From the NCBI GenBank assembly GCA_964014485.1, contig CAXHAT010000008.1, positions 1 through 64,000 on the forward strand: a stretch of 64,000 bases of DNA, written 5' to 3'. This stretch comes from an uncultured Deferribacteres bacterium (lineage in GTDB: Bacteria > Zhuqueibacterota > Zhuqueibacteria > Zhuqueibacterales > Geothermadaptataceae). The position numbers and the translations under genes were made by a program. Of the stretch, positions 10,083 to 19,547 are shown in pieces. The notes under the pieces were generated by a model that ran no database searches, was not told the origin of the DNA, and saw only the letters and a list, made by a program, of their open reading frames with translations. How positions within the stretch are numbered: the first letter of the stretch is position 1; each line of letters opens with the position of its first letter.

Positions 10083-10582
10083 TCCTTGAAGTACTGATTC
10101 AGAAAATTCCGTTTCGAAATATGCACCGATCTATTCCAGGCGCAGCTTTCGAAATATATGAGCCAGCAAGCTATGGAGGGGGATGTTGTCTTTTTTCAGA
10201 AAAAATTGCATGCAGTGTTGCTACTACTTTATTTTTCTGGACTTATGTGGTGCGTCGTCAAAGGAGAAAAGCGACGGCAAATATGAATAATAAAATGAGA
10301 AAAGTCAATAAAAAATAATACAATAAACCCTTTTTTCGCTCGGAAAACGCTCGCTCGAAAATAATGCTCAAAAAATCAGTTTTTACTGATCCAAATCCAA
10401 ATATGCGTGAAGGCTTTTTTTGTGTCATTACTGTTATTTTTGGCTTTTATCTGCCGGGCAACTTCCTATATTCGATGCTGTTTAAGCCTGTCGCGAATAT
10501 TGAGTGAATCTGCTAATTCTAATAACCCCGATTACTTTTTCCTGCACAAATGACTTTTAGCGGTTGAATTGATTGCACTGAC

Positions 10583-11317
10583 ATGCAGAACAAAAAACTG
10601 AAAGCAGTCTGTTTTGACTGGGGAAACACTATAGAAGTCGGCTCGCCGAAAGTTGTCGAAACTTTGCTGCATGTCTGGCAAAATCTCATCGAGGGCGTCA
10701 GCGTTAGAACTGTAACGGAAGCGCTGCAGGACGCCTGGATCGAATTGGCCAAGCTGATTCCGACGGCAAAAGATCGCAAGGATATGACTGAGTTTCGGCA
10801 GATGATTTACGCCAGGCAAGCGGAAATGGTGGCGGCAAAGCTTGAAATAACTCCCGACATTCCGGATTGGCCTTGGGTTTTCAACGTTTTTTTTAACGAG
10901 CATTACTACAAGAATCGTTCATGGACGATTCCCCGCTCGCACGCGCGACTTTTGCGAAAGCTGAGAGCGGCGGGCGTGCCGATGGCCGTTGTCGCAAATA
11001 ATGACGATCCCGTTGAACTGCCCAAGCTCATTTCCGATTTGGGTTTGACCGGATTTTTTGAATTTGAATTGGCTTCGTCGTCATTTGGATACGGAAAACC
11101 CCATGAAGAACTTTATTTGTCCGTTCTGAACAAGCTGGATCTGAGAGCTGACGACGTGCTCTACGTGGGCGATGATTACCACAATGACTACTGGGGCCCT
11201 TCTCAAGTTGACATGTTCCCCGTTCTGTATGACCCCAAAAAACTCTACTGCAAAATACCCTCCGTCCGCAGAATCGAGCGGCTTGAAGAAATTGCCGACA
11301 TTATTTTGCCGGAATAA
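10583..11317 (+). CDS. HAD-superfamily hydrolase
   Basis: Motif I FDWGNT, motif III GKP, motif IV YVGDDYHND. Confidence 0.85.
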   Translation: MQNKKLKAVCFDWGNTIEVGSPKVVETLLHVWQNLIEGVSVRTVTEALQDAWIELAKLIPTAKDRKDMTEFRQMIYARQAEMVAAKLEITPDIPDWPWVFNVFFNEHYYKNRSWTIPRSHARLLRKLRAAGVPMAVVANNDDPVELPKLISDLGLTGFFEFELASSSFGYGKPHEELYLSVLNKLDLRADDVLYVGDDYHNDYWGPSQVDMFPVLYDPKKLYCKIPSVRRIERLEEIADIILPE

Positions 11318-11347
11318 CACCCCGCCTTTTGGGCAAAGCTCCTGCCT

Positions 11348-12262
11348 CTAACGTAATGAAAAATCGTGTGATACGCCTGCGCCAAACTGAGGCCCGGCGG
11401 GAAAGTCTTGCCCGGTTAAGGTGAAGCGAACGCCCCCTTCGATTCGAGTTTTTGAAGAAGTTGAGACGATAAGTGTCGGGGAAACGGTAAGCAGTTCGCG
11501 CCGCCAGAGAAAACGCGTATCGGGGGCGACGCGCCGTTTGGGACGCTCTCCCTGCATCCACTCGAACGCGCTTTTTAACATCACGTTCTTGTGCACATTA
11601 AAACCAAATTCCGCGGTTGCAATAAACTCGTCGCCAAGAATATGCTCAAATCTTTCATTGTCTCCTCGCCATCGATAACCTGCTCCGATGTTCACATAGC
11701 CACGAAACGGCCACAGCGATTTTCCCGCTTCAACCAAAAACTCATAATCGAATTGCCCTTCGCTCACATTCACAACTTCAGCGTCTATCGTGAATTTTCC
11801 AGTCGGGGCTTTCAGCGTCGTTTTTACGCTCGCCGCGAACGGCTTGGTCAAAAATTGATATTTTACGCCAATCCGAACGTCGCCGACGCTCAAGCTGGCG
11901 GGGCGGTCAGGATCAGCGGAATTGGTGAATTGCAGGCTATAAAACGGCAATTGCAAGCTGATCTCAAACCGATCCGTCAGTCCATAGGCCGCGTCCAGAA
12001 AAATGGTGGCTGCGCGACTTTCACCGCCGGAAAACGGATCGAACGGCGCGCGATCGCCGGCAGTGGTGCAACCAGCTTCGTGGAACGCCAGCGATAATGC
12101 GTCCTGGGCGGAGCAAAAACGACGGTCTGTCGATTGATAAAAAAACGCGGATTTCAACCACAACGTCCCTTTCGGCGTGGTCCAGCCGCCTGCGGAAAGC
12201 TCTCGGTGAATTCCAAACACCAGCAAAAAAAGAGAAAATTGCAGTATCGAGGGCCTTTTCAT
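11348..12262 (-). CDS. Putative outer-membrane beta-barrel (MetA-pathway/transporter-like) protein
   Basis: Signal peptide, alternating amphipathic strands, YGLTDRFEISLQLPF, GDVRIGVKY, KAPTG. Confidence 0.6.
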   Translation of the reverse strand: MKRPSILQFSLFLLVFGIHRELSAGGWTTPKGTLWLKSAFFYQSTDRRFCSAQDALSLAFHEAGCTTAGDRAPFDPFSGGESRAATIFLDAAYGLTDRFEISLQLPFYSLQFTNSADPDRPASLSVGDVRIGVKYQFLTKPFAASVKTTLKAPTGKFTIDAEVVNVSEGQFDYEFLVEAGKSLWPFRGYVNIGAGYRWRGDNERFEHILGDEFIATAEFGFNVHKNVMLKSAFEWMQGERPKRRVAPDTRFLWRRELLTVSPTLIVSTSSKTRIEGGVRFTLTGQDFPAGPQFGAGVSHDFSLR

Positions 12263-12305
12263 TGGATGACCTATGAATAAACGAATAGAAGATTCTTCGA
12301 TTGCG

Positions 12306-13205
12306 TCAAATAAACAAAATTATGGACAAGCCAATTCCATTCATGGCGACAGCGCCGAGAGAAAACGAGCAAAAAATGAGACAGTGTCGGCGGGATTCAG
12401 TAATGCGCGTTCGGAGCGTGTCGGCGCAAACTAAGAGAATGAATGGGACAAAAAAAGCTGTCAACGGCTCAAAATACGCTCCGTCGTTATGCAAAATCAG
12501 CATCAAAAGAAGCGCGATTGATCCGGCACATATTGCTAACCTTACAGCGCGTTTTTCGCCAAATGCGACGGGAATCGTGCTTTTCCCAATCTGCTCATCC
12601 GCCTTTTTATCAGGAATTCCGGTCGTAATCGCTGAGCACAATTGGAGCAGCGAATAGGACGCAAAAAACATGACGGAGTCGAGAGTCATTTGGTTGGTTT
12701 GCAAGTAAAATCCTGTCATGGGCAAAATCATTCCGCAGCCAAATACCTGCAAATATTCGCCGCCCCCGCGATAATTGAGCTTGAACGGCGGGAAGCTGTA
12801 CATTCGAAAAATGAAAATTCCCGCGCAAACAAATCCGAGAATCCAAAACCTGTCGAAATGAACCGCTGCTGAAATGTTCGTAAAAATGAGCGCGAAAAGC
12901 ATAAAAACGCTCGCGCGGCGTAATTCTTCCGCCTTAATTTTCCCTTCGATTATTACGCCAGACCCGCCGGAAAAAGGCGTTCTGTTCTTGTTCGCAGCGT
13001 CCGCCCGTCGATCCGCGAAATCATTCGAAAAAATAATGTAAAGCTGGATGAGCACGGCCAGAAAGTTGGAAAAAATGAACTCCTGCCATTCGAAAACGCC
13101 GAGTTCTTTTAACGCCGTCGCCTGCCCGACCCAGAGCGGCAAGCCGACATTGACAAACGCAGGCGGTCGCGCCGCTTTCACCCACGAAAGGATGTGATTT
13201 TTCAT
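12306..13205 (-). CDS. UbiA-family prenyltransferase (MenA-like)
   Basis: WVKAARP, NDFADRRAD, FSGGSG, YSFPPFKLNYRGGGE, PDKKADEQIGKSTIPV; multiple TM helices. Confidence 0.85.
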   Translation of the reverse strand: MKNHILSWVKAARPPAFVNVGLPLWVGQATALKELGVFEWQEFIFSNFLAVLIQLYIIFSNDFADRRADAANKNRTPFSGGSGVIIEGKIKAEELRRASVFMLFALIFTNISAAVHFDRFWILGFVCAGIFIFRMYSFPPFKLNYRGGGEYLQVFGCGMILPMTGFYLQTNQMTLDSVMFFASYSLLQLCSAITTGIPDKKADEQIGKSTIPVAFGEKRAVRLAICAGSIALLLMLILHNDGAYFEPLTAFFVPFILLVCADTLRTRITESRRHCLIFCSFSLGAVAMNGIGLSIILFI

Positions 13206-13342
13206 TGCTTCGAGCGGGTTAAAAGCTTCGATCTGGAAATGTTTTCAGGGCTGCGCTTTTCGTGATTTTGGGCGCAACCAAGAGACGCCGTTTCATGTAG
13301 TCACTGGCCATAGAACTGAAGCCAGATTGAATTTAAGAGGTT

Positions 13343-13936
13343 TTGAACTTGCGAATCAGTAAAGAAGAATTTCGTCAAAAACCGTTTTATGTACACCAAT
13401 TTCTCACAGATGCGCCTTTGCACGACGTTTGGCGGTTTAAGCTGCGGGGTGGGGAAAATAAAACACTGAGAGACTTTAGACATTTGCTTGTGAGCGAGGG
13501 CGCTGAAGGGGCGAACCCGCTTGTTAAAATTTTATTCAGAATTCGCAGGTCAGTGGGCGTGTTGTTGGGGTGGGATGAAAAGTCGGAAGAAATGAAAGCG
13601 GCCTCATATGTTCACAAGTTGACCGATGAAGTGCGCAAGAAAACGATCACAGAGCCTGGTGCGCAAACCATCGGTCCTTTTGATGCAGTTTATGAATTTG
13701 AAAATGAAGCGCTGGACGAAGCCGTCAACGCGACGGTGCACAGTTTTTCGCTTATGGCGATGGAGTCAATCGACGACGGCTACCACGTCTATTGGGCAAT
13801 CTATGTCAAAGAAACCGGGTTATTGACGCCAATTTATATGGCGTTCATCGCTCCGTTCAGGCGGTTCATCGTTTATCCTTCCATCATCAAAAAGTTAGAG
13901 CGGAAGTGGATTGAGCAAAATTCCAAGGCGGATTAA
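13343..13936 (+). CDS. DUF2867-like protein
   Basis: LHDVW, LFRIRRSVGVLLGWD, NATVH, YMAFIAPFRRFIVYP pattern; TTG start. Confidence 0.65.
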   Translation: MNLRISKEEFRQKPFYVHQFLTDAPLHDVWRFKLRGGENKTLRDFRHLLVSEGAEGANPLVKILFRIRRSVGVLLGWDEKSEEMKAASYVHKLTDEVRKKTITEPGAQTIGPFDAVYEFENEALDEAVNATVHSFSLMAMESIDDGYHVYWAIYVKETGLLTPIYMAFIAPFRRFIVYPSIIKKLERKWIEQNSKAD

Positions 13937-14700
13937 TGGATGTATTTTTTGAAAGCCGGGCCGATCTGTTTTTTTAGTTCCGTCAGGCGATTTAAGACCC
14001 GCTTGCGCGAGATGCTGATTTCCGGGTGCTCGGCGATTTCTTCCGCCGGCAGGCTGTCGTAAAAATACATTTGGAAAATGCGGCGATCGCGTTTTTCGTG
14101 GAGCTTCCCGCTGAGCATCGAATCAAGACAGCATTCGAGCGCTTCTTTCGTTTCAACCATATCGCGGTCAGCAATCGCGTCACGAGATTCTAACACGTCT
14201 TCGTACTCGATCGCAGCGTCGTCATTTGTTGCGTAGGCCGGACTGCTCATAGAAACTTTTTTGTGTGAAGGAATGCGGCGTTGGGCGCGGCTGGCGTCGA
14301 AGCCCAGGTAGACGGTTCTTGTCGTCACGACTTCGATAAACTTGCTGAAAGATTGTTCCCATTCACCTTTGAAAGTCTTGAGCGGTTCGCAATTGTTTTT
14401 CACTAATTTTGCATAGACTTCCTGAGCCAGATCTTCGATTTGCGTCAAACCCGCCTTAAAACCGAGACGGCGACAAGTGCGTGCGGCAATGTAACATATT
14501 CGTTTGTGATAGCGCCTTGTAAATTCACGCCAGGCTGCGTGATCATCCGGTCTGCGCGCGATCAAGCGAACGAGGTCTAAATCCTTGAATCGCTTGAGCA
14601 TAGCCGCGTTCAAATCTGCTTTGTTCGTTTTGAAATTCTCAGTCGTAAACCAGCCTGTATCTCCCAGGAAATGAATTGCTTGTGTTTGATTGGAATGCAT
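13933..14700 (-). CDS. ECF-type RNA polymerase sigma factor
   Basis: Region 2 AWREFTRRY..IEDLAQEVYAKL; region 4 RDRRIFQMYFYDSLPAEEIAE..SRKRVLNRL; RBS GGAGGAAGAG before ATG. Confidence 0.8.
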   Translation of the reverse strand: MHSNQTQAIHFLGDTGWFTTENFKTNKADLNAAMLKRFKDLDLVRLIARRPDDHAAWREFTRRYHKRICYIAARTCRRLGFKAGLTQIEDLAQEVYAKLVKNNCEPLKTFKGEWEQSFSKFIEVVTTRTVYLGFDASRAQRRIPSHKKVSMSSPAYATNDDAAIEYEDVLESRDAIADRDMVETKEALECCLDSMLSGKLHEKRDRRIFQMYFYDSLPAEEIAEHPEISISRKRVLNRLTELKKQIGPAFKKYIH

Positions 14701-14792
14701 TTCTCTTCCTCCAGTTACCCGTTTGTTTTAGCGCCCTTTCTTTGAGAACTCTTCCTGTTCTCGAATCAACTCCCTGTCTCACTTGGCTATAT

Positions 14793-14809
14793 TTCAATTT
14801 TGACGCCAA
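14793..14809 (-). promoter_or_regulatory. Candidate sigma54 (-24/-12) promoter for the ECF sigma gene
   Basis: Minus strand TTGGCGTCAAAATTGAA = TGGC-N7-TTGA with exact consensus spacing (-12 GC read as GA); 92 nt upstream of ATG. Confidence 0.45.
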
Positions 14810-15054
14810 AACAACATTCTAAATTATAAGATATTGTTTTTTATAACTTTGAGATGAGTGAGCCGACTGCATTAAAAATCAAAAACTATCATTTTTACTA
14901 GGTATGAAAAATGATCAAATTGCCGGGTTCTTGTTTATTAAGAACTTAGGATTGAAAAATATTGGCCGTGCCCTTGTTCGGCGCCAGGATTTTGTAAATT
15001 TGGGGGATAATTTTGCCAAAAAGCTTTTGAAACGAGTGCATTTGAGGGAGAAAT

Positions 15055-15088
15055 AAAAAAGCCGGGATCGTAGAAACGAGGCCCGGCT
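15055..15088 (-). terminator. Rho-independent terminator after the sigma54 activator
   Basis: Minus strand AGCCGGG..CCCGGCT followed by TTTTT. Confidence 0.7.
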
Positions 15089-15117
15089 CAGAGGGAGGAG
15101 GAGTATTTGAAACGTCT

Positions 15118-16200
15118 TTATCTGTTATTTTTTTTCCATGAGGAGTGGGTGATGTTATGGAATTGAATTTTATAATTCAACGCACGCGGAGAAACGCCCA
15201 ACAACTCCGCCGCTTCCTTTTGCACCCAATTTTTTTCTTCCAGCGCCCGCAAGATGGCCTGCTTTTCAATTTCGGTGAGATTGAGCGTGTCCACCGAAAG
15301 CACCTCGTTCTCAGAGTGTTGGCGGCGTTCCGTACCGCCGGCGGCAAAATACTCTTTTCCCGGCAGGGACAGGTCTTGCGGTGAAATATGTCTGCCTTCG
15401 TCGGAAAGGAGCAGGGCGCGCTCAACCATGTTTTTGAGCTCGCGAATGTTGCCCGGCCAGGAATAGTTTTTCAACAAATCCATTGTTTCTTCAGAAAAAC
15501 CGGCGCTTTTTTTGCGAATTTCCCGGACAAATTTGTTCATGAAAAAACGAGCGATCAAAGGAATGTCTTCGCGGCGTTTCCGCAGCGGCGGCACATTGAG
15601 CGTGACGACGTTTAAGCGGTAGTACAAATCCGCCCGAAAATTGCCTTTTTCAATTTCGTCCCACAAATCTTTGTTCGTCGCGGCAATCACCCGGACGTCG
15701 GCCTGGATGTCTTTGTTTCCGCCGACGCGCGTGAACGTTTGCTCCTGCAAGGCGCGCAAAATTTTCGCCTGCGTTGAAAGAGCCATGTCGCCGATTTCGT
15801 CTAAAAAGAGCGTTCCATTGTGCGCCTGTTCAAATTTGCCTTCACGCGTCGAGATCGCGCCTGTGAAAGCGCCTCGCTCATGTCCGAAAAGTTCACTTTC
15901 CAACAACTGCTCCGGCAATGCGGCGCAATTGACTTTTATAAAAGACTTTTCGGCGCGATCGCTGATGAACTGCACAAGTCCGGCAATCAGTTCTTTTCCA
16001 GTACCAGTCTCTCCCTGAATCAAAACCGTGGCTTTACTGCGAGCCACTTTTTTGATAAGCTGGTAGATTTCCTTTATTTCCGGACTGCGGCTTACGATTG
16101 GATAATGATAATCAAAGCCGTAGTTTTTACCCCACGAAGAGGTCGGCAACGAATAAATATCGTTTGGCGCGGCCTCTGGCGTCGGTGCGTCATTTGGCAT
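15118..16200 (-). CDS. Sigma54-dependent Fis-family activator (AAA+ plus HTH) with no N-terminal sensory domain
   Basis: GETGTGKE, ESELFGHERGAFTGA, LFLDEIG, FRADLYYRL, WPGNIREL, C-terminal AAELLGVSPRALNYK; only ~35 aa before the AAA+ domain. Confidence 0.92.
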   Translation of the reverse strand: MPNDAPTPEAAPNDIYSLPTSSWGKNYGFDYHYPIVSRSPEIKEIYQLIKKVARSKATVLIQGETGTGKELIAGLVQFISDRAEKSFIKVNCAALPEQLLESELFGHERGAFTGAISTREGKFEQAHNGTLFLDEIGDMALSTQAKILRALQEQTFTRVGGNKDIQADVRVIAATNKDLWDEIEKGNFRADLYYRLNVVTLNVPPLRKRREDIPLIARFFMNKFVREIRKKSAGFSEETMDLLKNYSWPGNIRELKNMVERALLLSDEGRHISPQDLSLPGKEYFAAGGTERRQHSENEVLSVDTLNLTEIEKQAILRALEEKNWVQKEAAELLGVSPRALNYKIQFHNITHSSWKKNNR

Positions 16201-16498
16201 AAATTGCTTTCTCTCCCGGTGCAAAGTTTGGTCGTTTTCGCCTGACTCGTCGGAGCCTCGGCGCATTGCAAGCCTCCCTAAACTTACCAAATCGAAACTA
16301 TAGTACCGGCAAGCGCGGATTCCTGCGCGTTAATAAATTTTGGGAATTACAATTTTGAACGGAATGTAAAATCGTTCAGCGCAGCGAATGACAAATTTGT
16401 CCCATTCAAGGGTTTATTCCGTGGAAGGCTTTAACAATTATGAAAGGCGGGCAAGATATTTTGGGAATTTCAGCAGGAAAATCCCGGATCGCTGGCGA

Positions 16499-17374
16499 TT
16501 AATTTCGATGAAGATTTCGTTCCGATTCTGAAGCTAAGCTTATCATTAACTCATCGGTCGTAACCACGTGCGGAGGAATGAAGATGTTCATTTCGCGAAG
16601 TTTTTTGGCCATCCGCCAAGCGCGGGGCGGCGCCGTTTGTCTGGAAAAATCTTCAAATAATTGGCTCGCGGCATTCCGATGGACGTCCGCGAGAATGCGT
16701 CCGTCGTCGAATAAAATAATGCGATTAGCGATGGACAGGGCGAAATCCATGTCATGGCTCACAACCATCAAGCCTTTGTCTGATTTGTCGCGCCAGGATC
16801 GGAGTTTCTCGGCCAGGATTCTTTTTGATTGCGCATCGAGACCCGCCAACGGCTCGTCAATCGCCAACATTTGCGGATTGAGTGCAAGTACGCCGGCGAT
16901 TGCCGCTTTTCGCTTCTCGCCCTGACTTAATTCAAAAATTGTTCTTTTCGCGAAAAGCTCATAATCCAGGCTCAGAGCGGCCATTGCATCGCGCACGCGT
17001 TTTTTGACCTCATTTTCGGAAAGACCCAAATTGCGCGGGCCAAAAGCAATGTCTTGCTCAACACTCGAGGCAAAAAGCTGAGATTCCGGCGATTGAAACA
17101 CCAAACCAATATGCTGCCGGAGTTCAGCAAGCGAGAAATCTTTGTCATGAATATTTTGACCGTTGACGGCCACCCTGCCGCGCGACGGCTTTCCCAGCCC
17201 CGTCAATAATTGCAGAAAAGTGGATTTTCCGGCGCCGTTCGCACCAATCACTGCAACGGCTTCGTCAGATTTAAAGGAAAGAGAGACGTTTTTGAGGACG
17301 GGCTGTGCGTCGTCCGACGACCTGTTCTGGTAGCGGAACGAGACGTTTTCAAATTCGATTTTTAACGCATCCAT
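16499..17374 (-). CDS. ECF-transporter ATP-binding protein (EcfA/CbiO family)
   Basis: GANGAGKST, VFQSPESQLF..VEQDIAFGPRN, LSQGEKRK, IDEP, SHD. Confidence 0.88.
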   Translation of the reverse strand: MDALKIEFENVSFRYQNRSSDDAQPVLKNVSLSFKSDEAVAVIGANGAGKSTFLQLLTGLGKPSRGRVAVNGQNIHDKDFSLAELRQHIGLVFQSPESQLFASSVEQDIAFGPRNLGLSENEVKKRVRDAMAALSLDYELFAKRTIFELSQGEKRKAAIAGVLALNPQMLAIDEPLAGLDAQSKRILAEKLRSWRDKSDKGLMVVSHDMDFALSIANRIILFDDGRILADVHRNAASQLFEDFSRQTAPPRAWRMAKKLREMNIFIPPHVVTTDELMISLASESERNLHRN

Positions 17375-18651
17375 TGCGCTTCAAAATCGCTTAGATCGAT
17401 GTTCGATTGAATTACGCCTTTCTTCCGAAATTTCTTGTACGCTGAAAGCGCGAAGAAGTCAGTCATTCCTGCGATGTGGTCGCAAATGAGGCGCGGTGTG
17501 GCTTGAAATTCTTTGCCGTCCGGGTCGGATTTGGATGGATTCGGTAAAAGTTCAGGATTGAGCGCAAAAGCCTGGAAAAGCATTAGCAAGACTCCCCGGA
17601 GCAAATCATCGGCGTTGTTTACCATGGGGCGGTAAATGATGTTTTGGTAAATGAACTTGTTCAGCGCTTTCTGCAGCGGATCAAGTTCGGGACTGAAATC
17701 GACGATAAGTCTATCAAAAAATGTAAGTCTTTGCTTCTCTTGATAAAACGCGTCGATTCCTTCGAACGCCGTTTCAATCACGTCGTCGACCAACAAATTG
17801 ATCATGCTGCTTGTGAGGCGATTTTGGTAAAAATAAGCGTCGTCGGTGGAATCAAATTCAAAACGGAATTTTCGTTCGGCAAGCTGAACGATTTCAAGTT
17901 TTCGCACTTCCTGCATTTCCACAAGACCGGCGCGAACCCCGTCTTCCAAATCGTGCGTCCGCTGCGCGATCTCATCGGCGATAGCGACGATTTGGCCTTC
18001 CAAAGTCGTTGGAGTCTCAAATTCCCAGTGCAGCCCGCGCAAATCCAGGTCGGCGTAATGAATACGTTTTTTTTTCAAGCGCGTGTGCTTGATCACGCCT
18101 TCCCGCACCGGCGCGGTTAAGTTTAACCCGGGCGTGCGATACTTTTTTTCCAACAAGTCGAGGATTCGAACAGATTGATAATTGTGCTTAAAACCGCCGC
18201 ATCTTTTCGAAGGCAAGCCGTCCAAATTGCCGTGCTTGCCTTGCATAATTTCGTCGAGAAGGTACTCGCCCAAATGGCCAAACGGCGTGTGCCCAAGATC
18301 GTGTCCCAAAGCAACGGCTTCGGTCAAATCTTCGTTCAAACCGAGCGCCCGCGCCATCGTTCGAGCGATTTGCGTCACCTCCATCGTGTGCGTCAGTCGC
18401 GTACGATAATGATCGCCAACGTTGGTATGAAAAACTTGTCGCTTGTGTTTAAGCCGACGAAACGCCCGAGAGTGAATAATCCGATCCCGATCACGCTGAA
18501 ACTCGGTTCTGTAAGGGTGGGAAGCTTGCGACCGGGCGCGCAAATCTGCGGCGCTCTCGCTCAAACACGCGTAGCGGGCAAGAGACTTTTTTTCAAAACT
18601 TTGTAAATATTCGCGATCACGGAGCGCGAATACAGGTGACTTTTCAGACAT
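17362..18651 (-). CDS. dgt: Deoxyguanosinetriphosphate triphosphohydrolase (HD family)
   Basis: RTEFQRDRDRIIHSRAFRRLKHKRQV, RTRLTHT, GHDLGHTPFGH, ADEIA..HDLEDG, DHIAGMTD. Confidence 0.92.
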   Translation of the reverse strand: MSEKSPVFALRDREYLQSFEKKSLARYACLSESAADLRARSQASHPYRTEFQRDRDRIIHSRAFRRLKHKRQVFHTNVGDHYRTRLTHTMEVTQIARTMARALGLNEDLTEAVALGHDLGHTPFGHLGEYLLDEIMQGKHGNLDGLPSKRCGGFKHNYQSVRILDLLEKKYRTPGLNLTAPVREGVIKHTRLKKKRIHYADLDLRGLHWEFETPTTLEGQIVAIADEIAQRTHDLEDGVRAGLVEMQEVRKLEIVQLAERKFRFEFDSTDDAYFYQNRLTSSMINLLVDDVIETAFEGIDAFYQEKQRLTFFDRLIVDFSPELDPLQKALNKFIYQNIIYRPMVNNADDLLRGVLLMLFQAFALNPELLPNPSKSDPDGKEFQATPRLICDHIAGMTDFFALSAYKKFRKKGVIQSNIDLSDFEAQWMR

Positions 18652-18825
18652 TGATTTGTTCAGGCGATCAGGCAAAAGTCATTTGGCGAGCACGTCAGTA
18701 TAAAGGCGCGGCAGGATTTTGTTCCAGTTTTTTCGTACCGTTTCCAGAAATGCGGAGCGCCGGGCGTCGCACAGTTGTAGAGATTTTCAAAAAGCTTTGT
18801 CCACATTGAAAAACGCTTCGCTTTG

Positions 18826-18921
18826 AGCAAACTGAAGTTTGAACTACAAACGACGGAGGTTCCGCATTTGCTGTGAGCGTAAAGCGAGAAACGTCATTTG
18901 TAGTTCAAGTTTTAGCTTGCT
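18826..18921. repeat. REP doublet (REPIN-like inverted pair, GTAGTTCAAG-type)
   Basis: agcaaactgaagtttgaactacaaacgacg (18826-18855) vs cgtcatttgtagttcaagttttagcttgct (18892-18921): 30-bp imperfect inverted repeat containing GTAG. Confidence 0.75.
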
Positions 18922-19094
18922 GTTAGAGTTTTTGCCGATATTTATCGGGACAATCGGGAAATGTTTTTTAAAATCTCTGCGTCCAGTGGTCTTGCCATTC
19001 TGAAACAACCCGTTCCGCGGGAATGACCTTTGACAACGTTTTTGACTTAAACAATCTCAGATAACCTTTGCTTCTGAGTAACTCTTTTTCGGAG

Positions 19095-19216
19095 TGGGGC
19101 TGTCCAAAATCATAATATTTTGACGACGTCACACAACATGTCGTAGGGGTTCAAAATCTTGAACCCCTACATTTGGCACGTCCTTCATTCGGAAACCATG
19201 CTTTGGGACAACTCCA
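19095..19216. mobile_element. MITE-like element copy 1 (TIRs plus central GTAG hairpin)
   Basis: TIRs tggggctgtccaaaatcat / atgctttgggacaactcca; central perfect 12-bp hairpin gtaggggttcaa-aatc-ttgaacccctac; aligns end-to-end with the reverse complement of 54479-54604. Confidence 0.8.
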
Positions 19217-19547
19217 GTGAAGACAAGCAACACTCAAATGCCGAAGCGACTCCCTGATCAAGACTGCAAGCGCGGTTGGTTAGCTGCAAAGTAACTGGAG
19301 AGTCAGAGACTTCAGCGTTTGATTTGGATACTGGTGTGCTCGGCGCGGGTGCTGAACGAAACATTTGCACGGCGGTCTGAAAATATCAAGAACACTATTT
19401 TAAAAGGAGCGTTGAAAAAATGCTGACAGCGTTTTTTGAAGAAGCGTGCGCGATGATTTCCGTTTGTGATTCCAGTTTTTTCGGCGTATAATACACGGTT
19501 TCACGCCACGCCAAACCTCTCATACATTGATTTTGAGTGATACATTT

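Noticed and set aside
10121..10140. TGGAATAGATCGGTGCA as sigma54 promoter for the NHL gene
   Set aside because: GG-to-GC spacing is 11 nt, not the required 10.
17362..18651. dGTPase as anti-phage system
   Set aside because: Sequence and context fit the housekeeping Dgt type; no defence genes adjacent.
19173..19190. TTGGCACG as sigma54 -24 element
   Set aside because: No -12 TTGC/TTGA at the right distance, and it lies inside the MITE.
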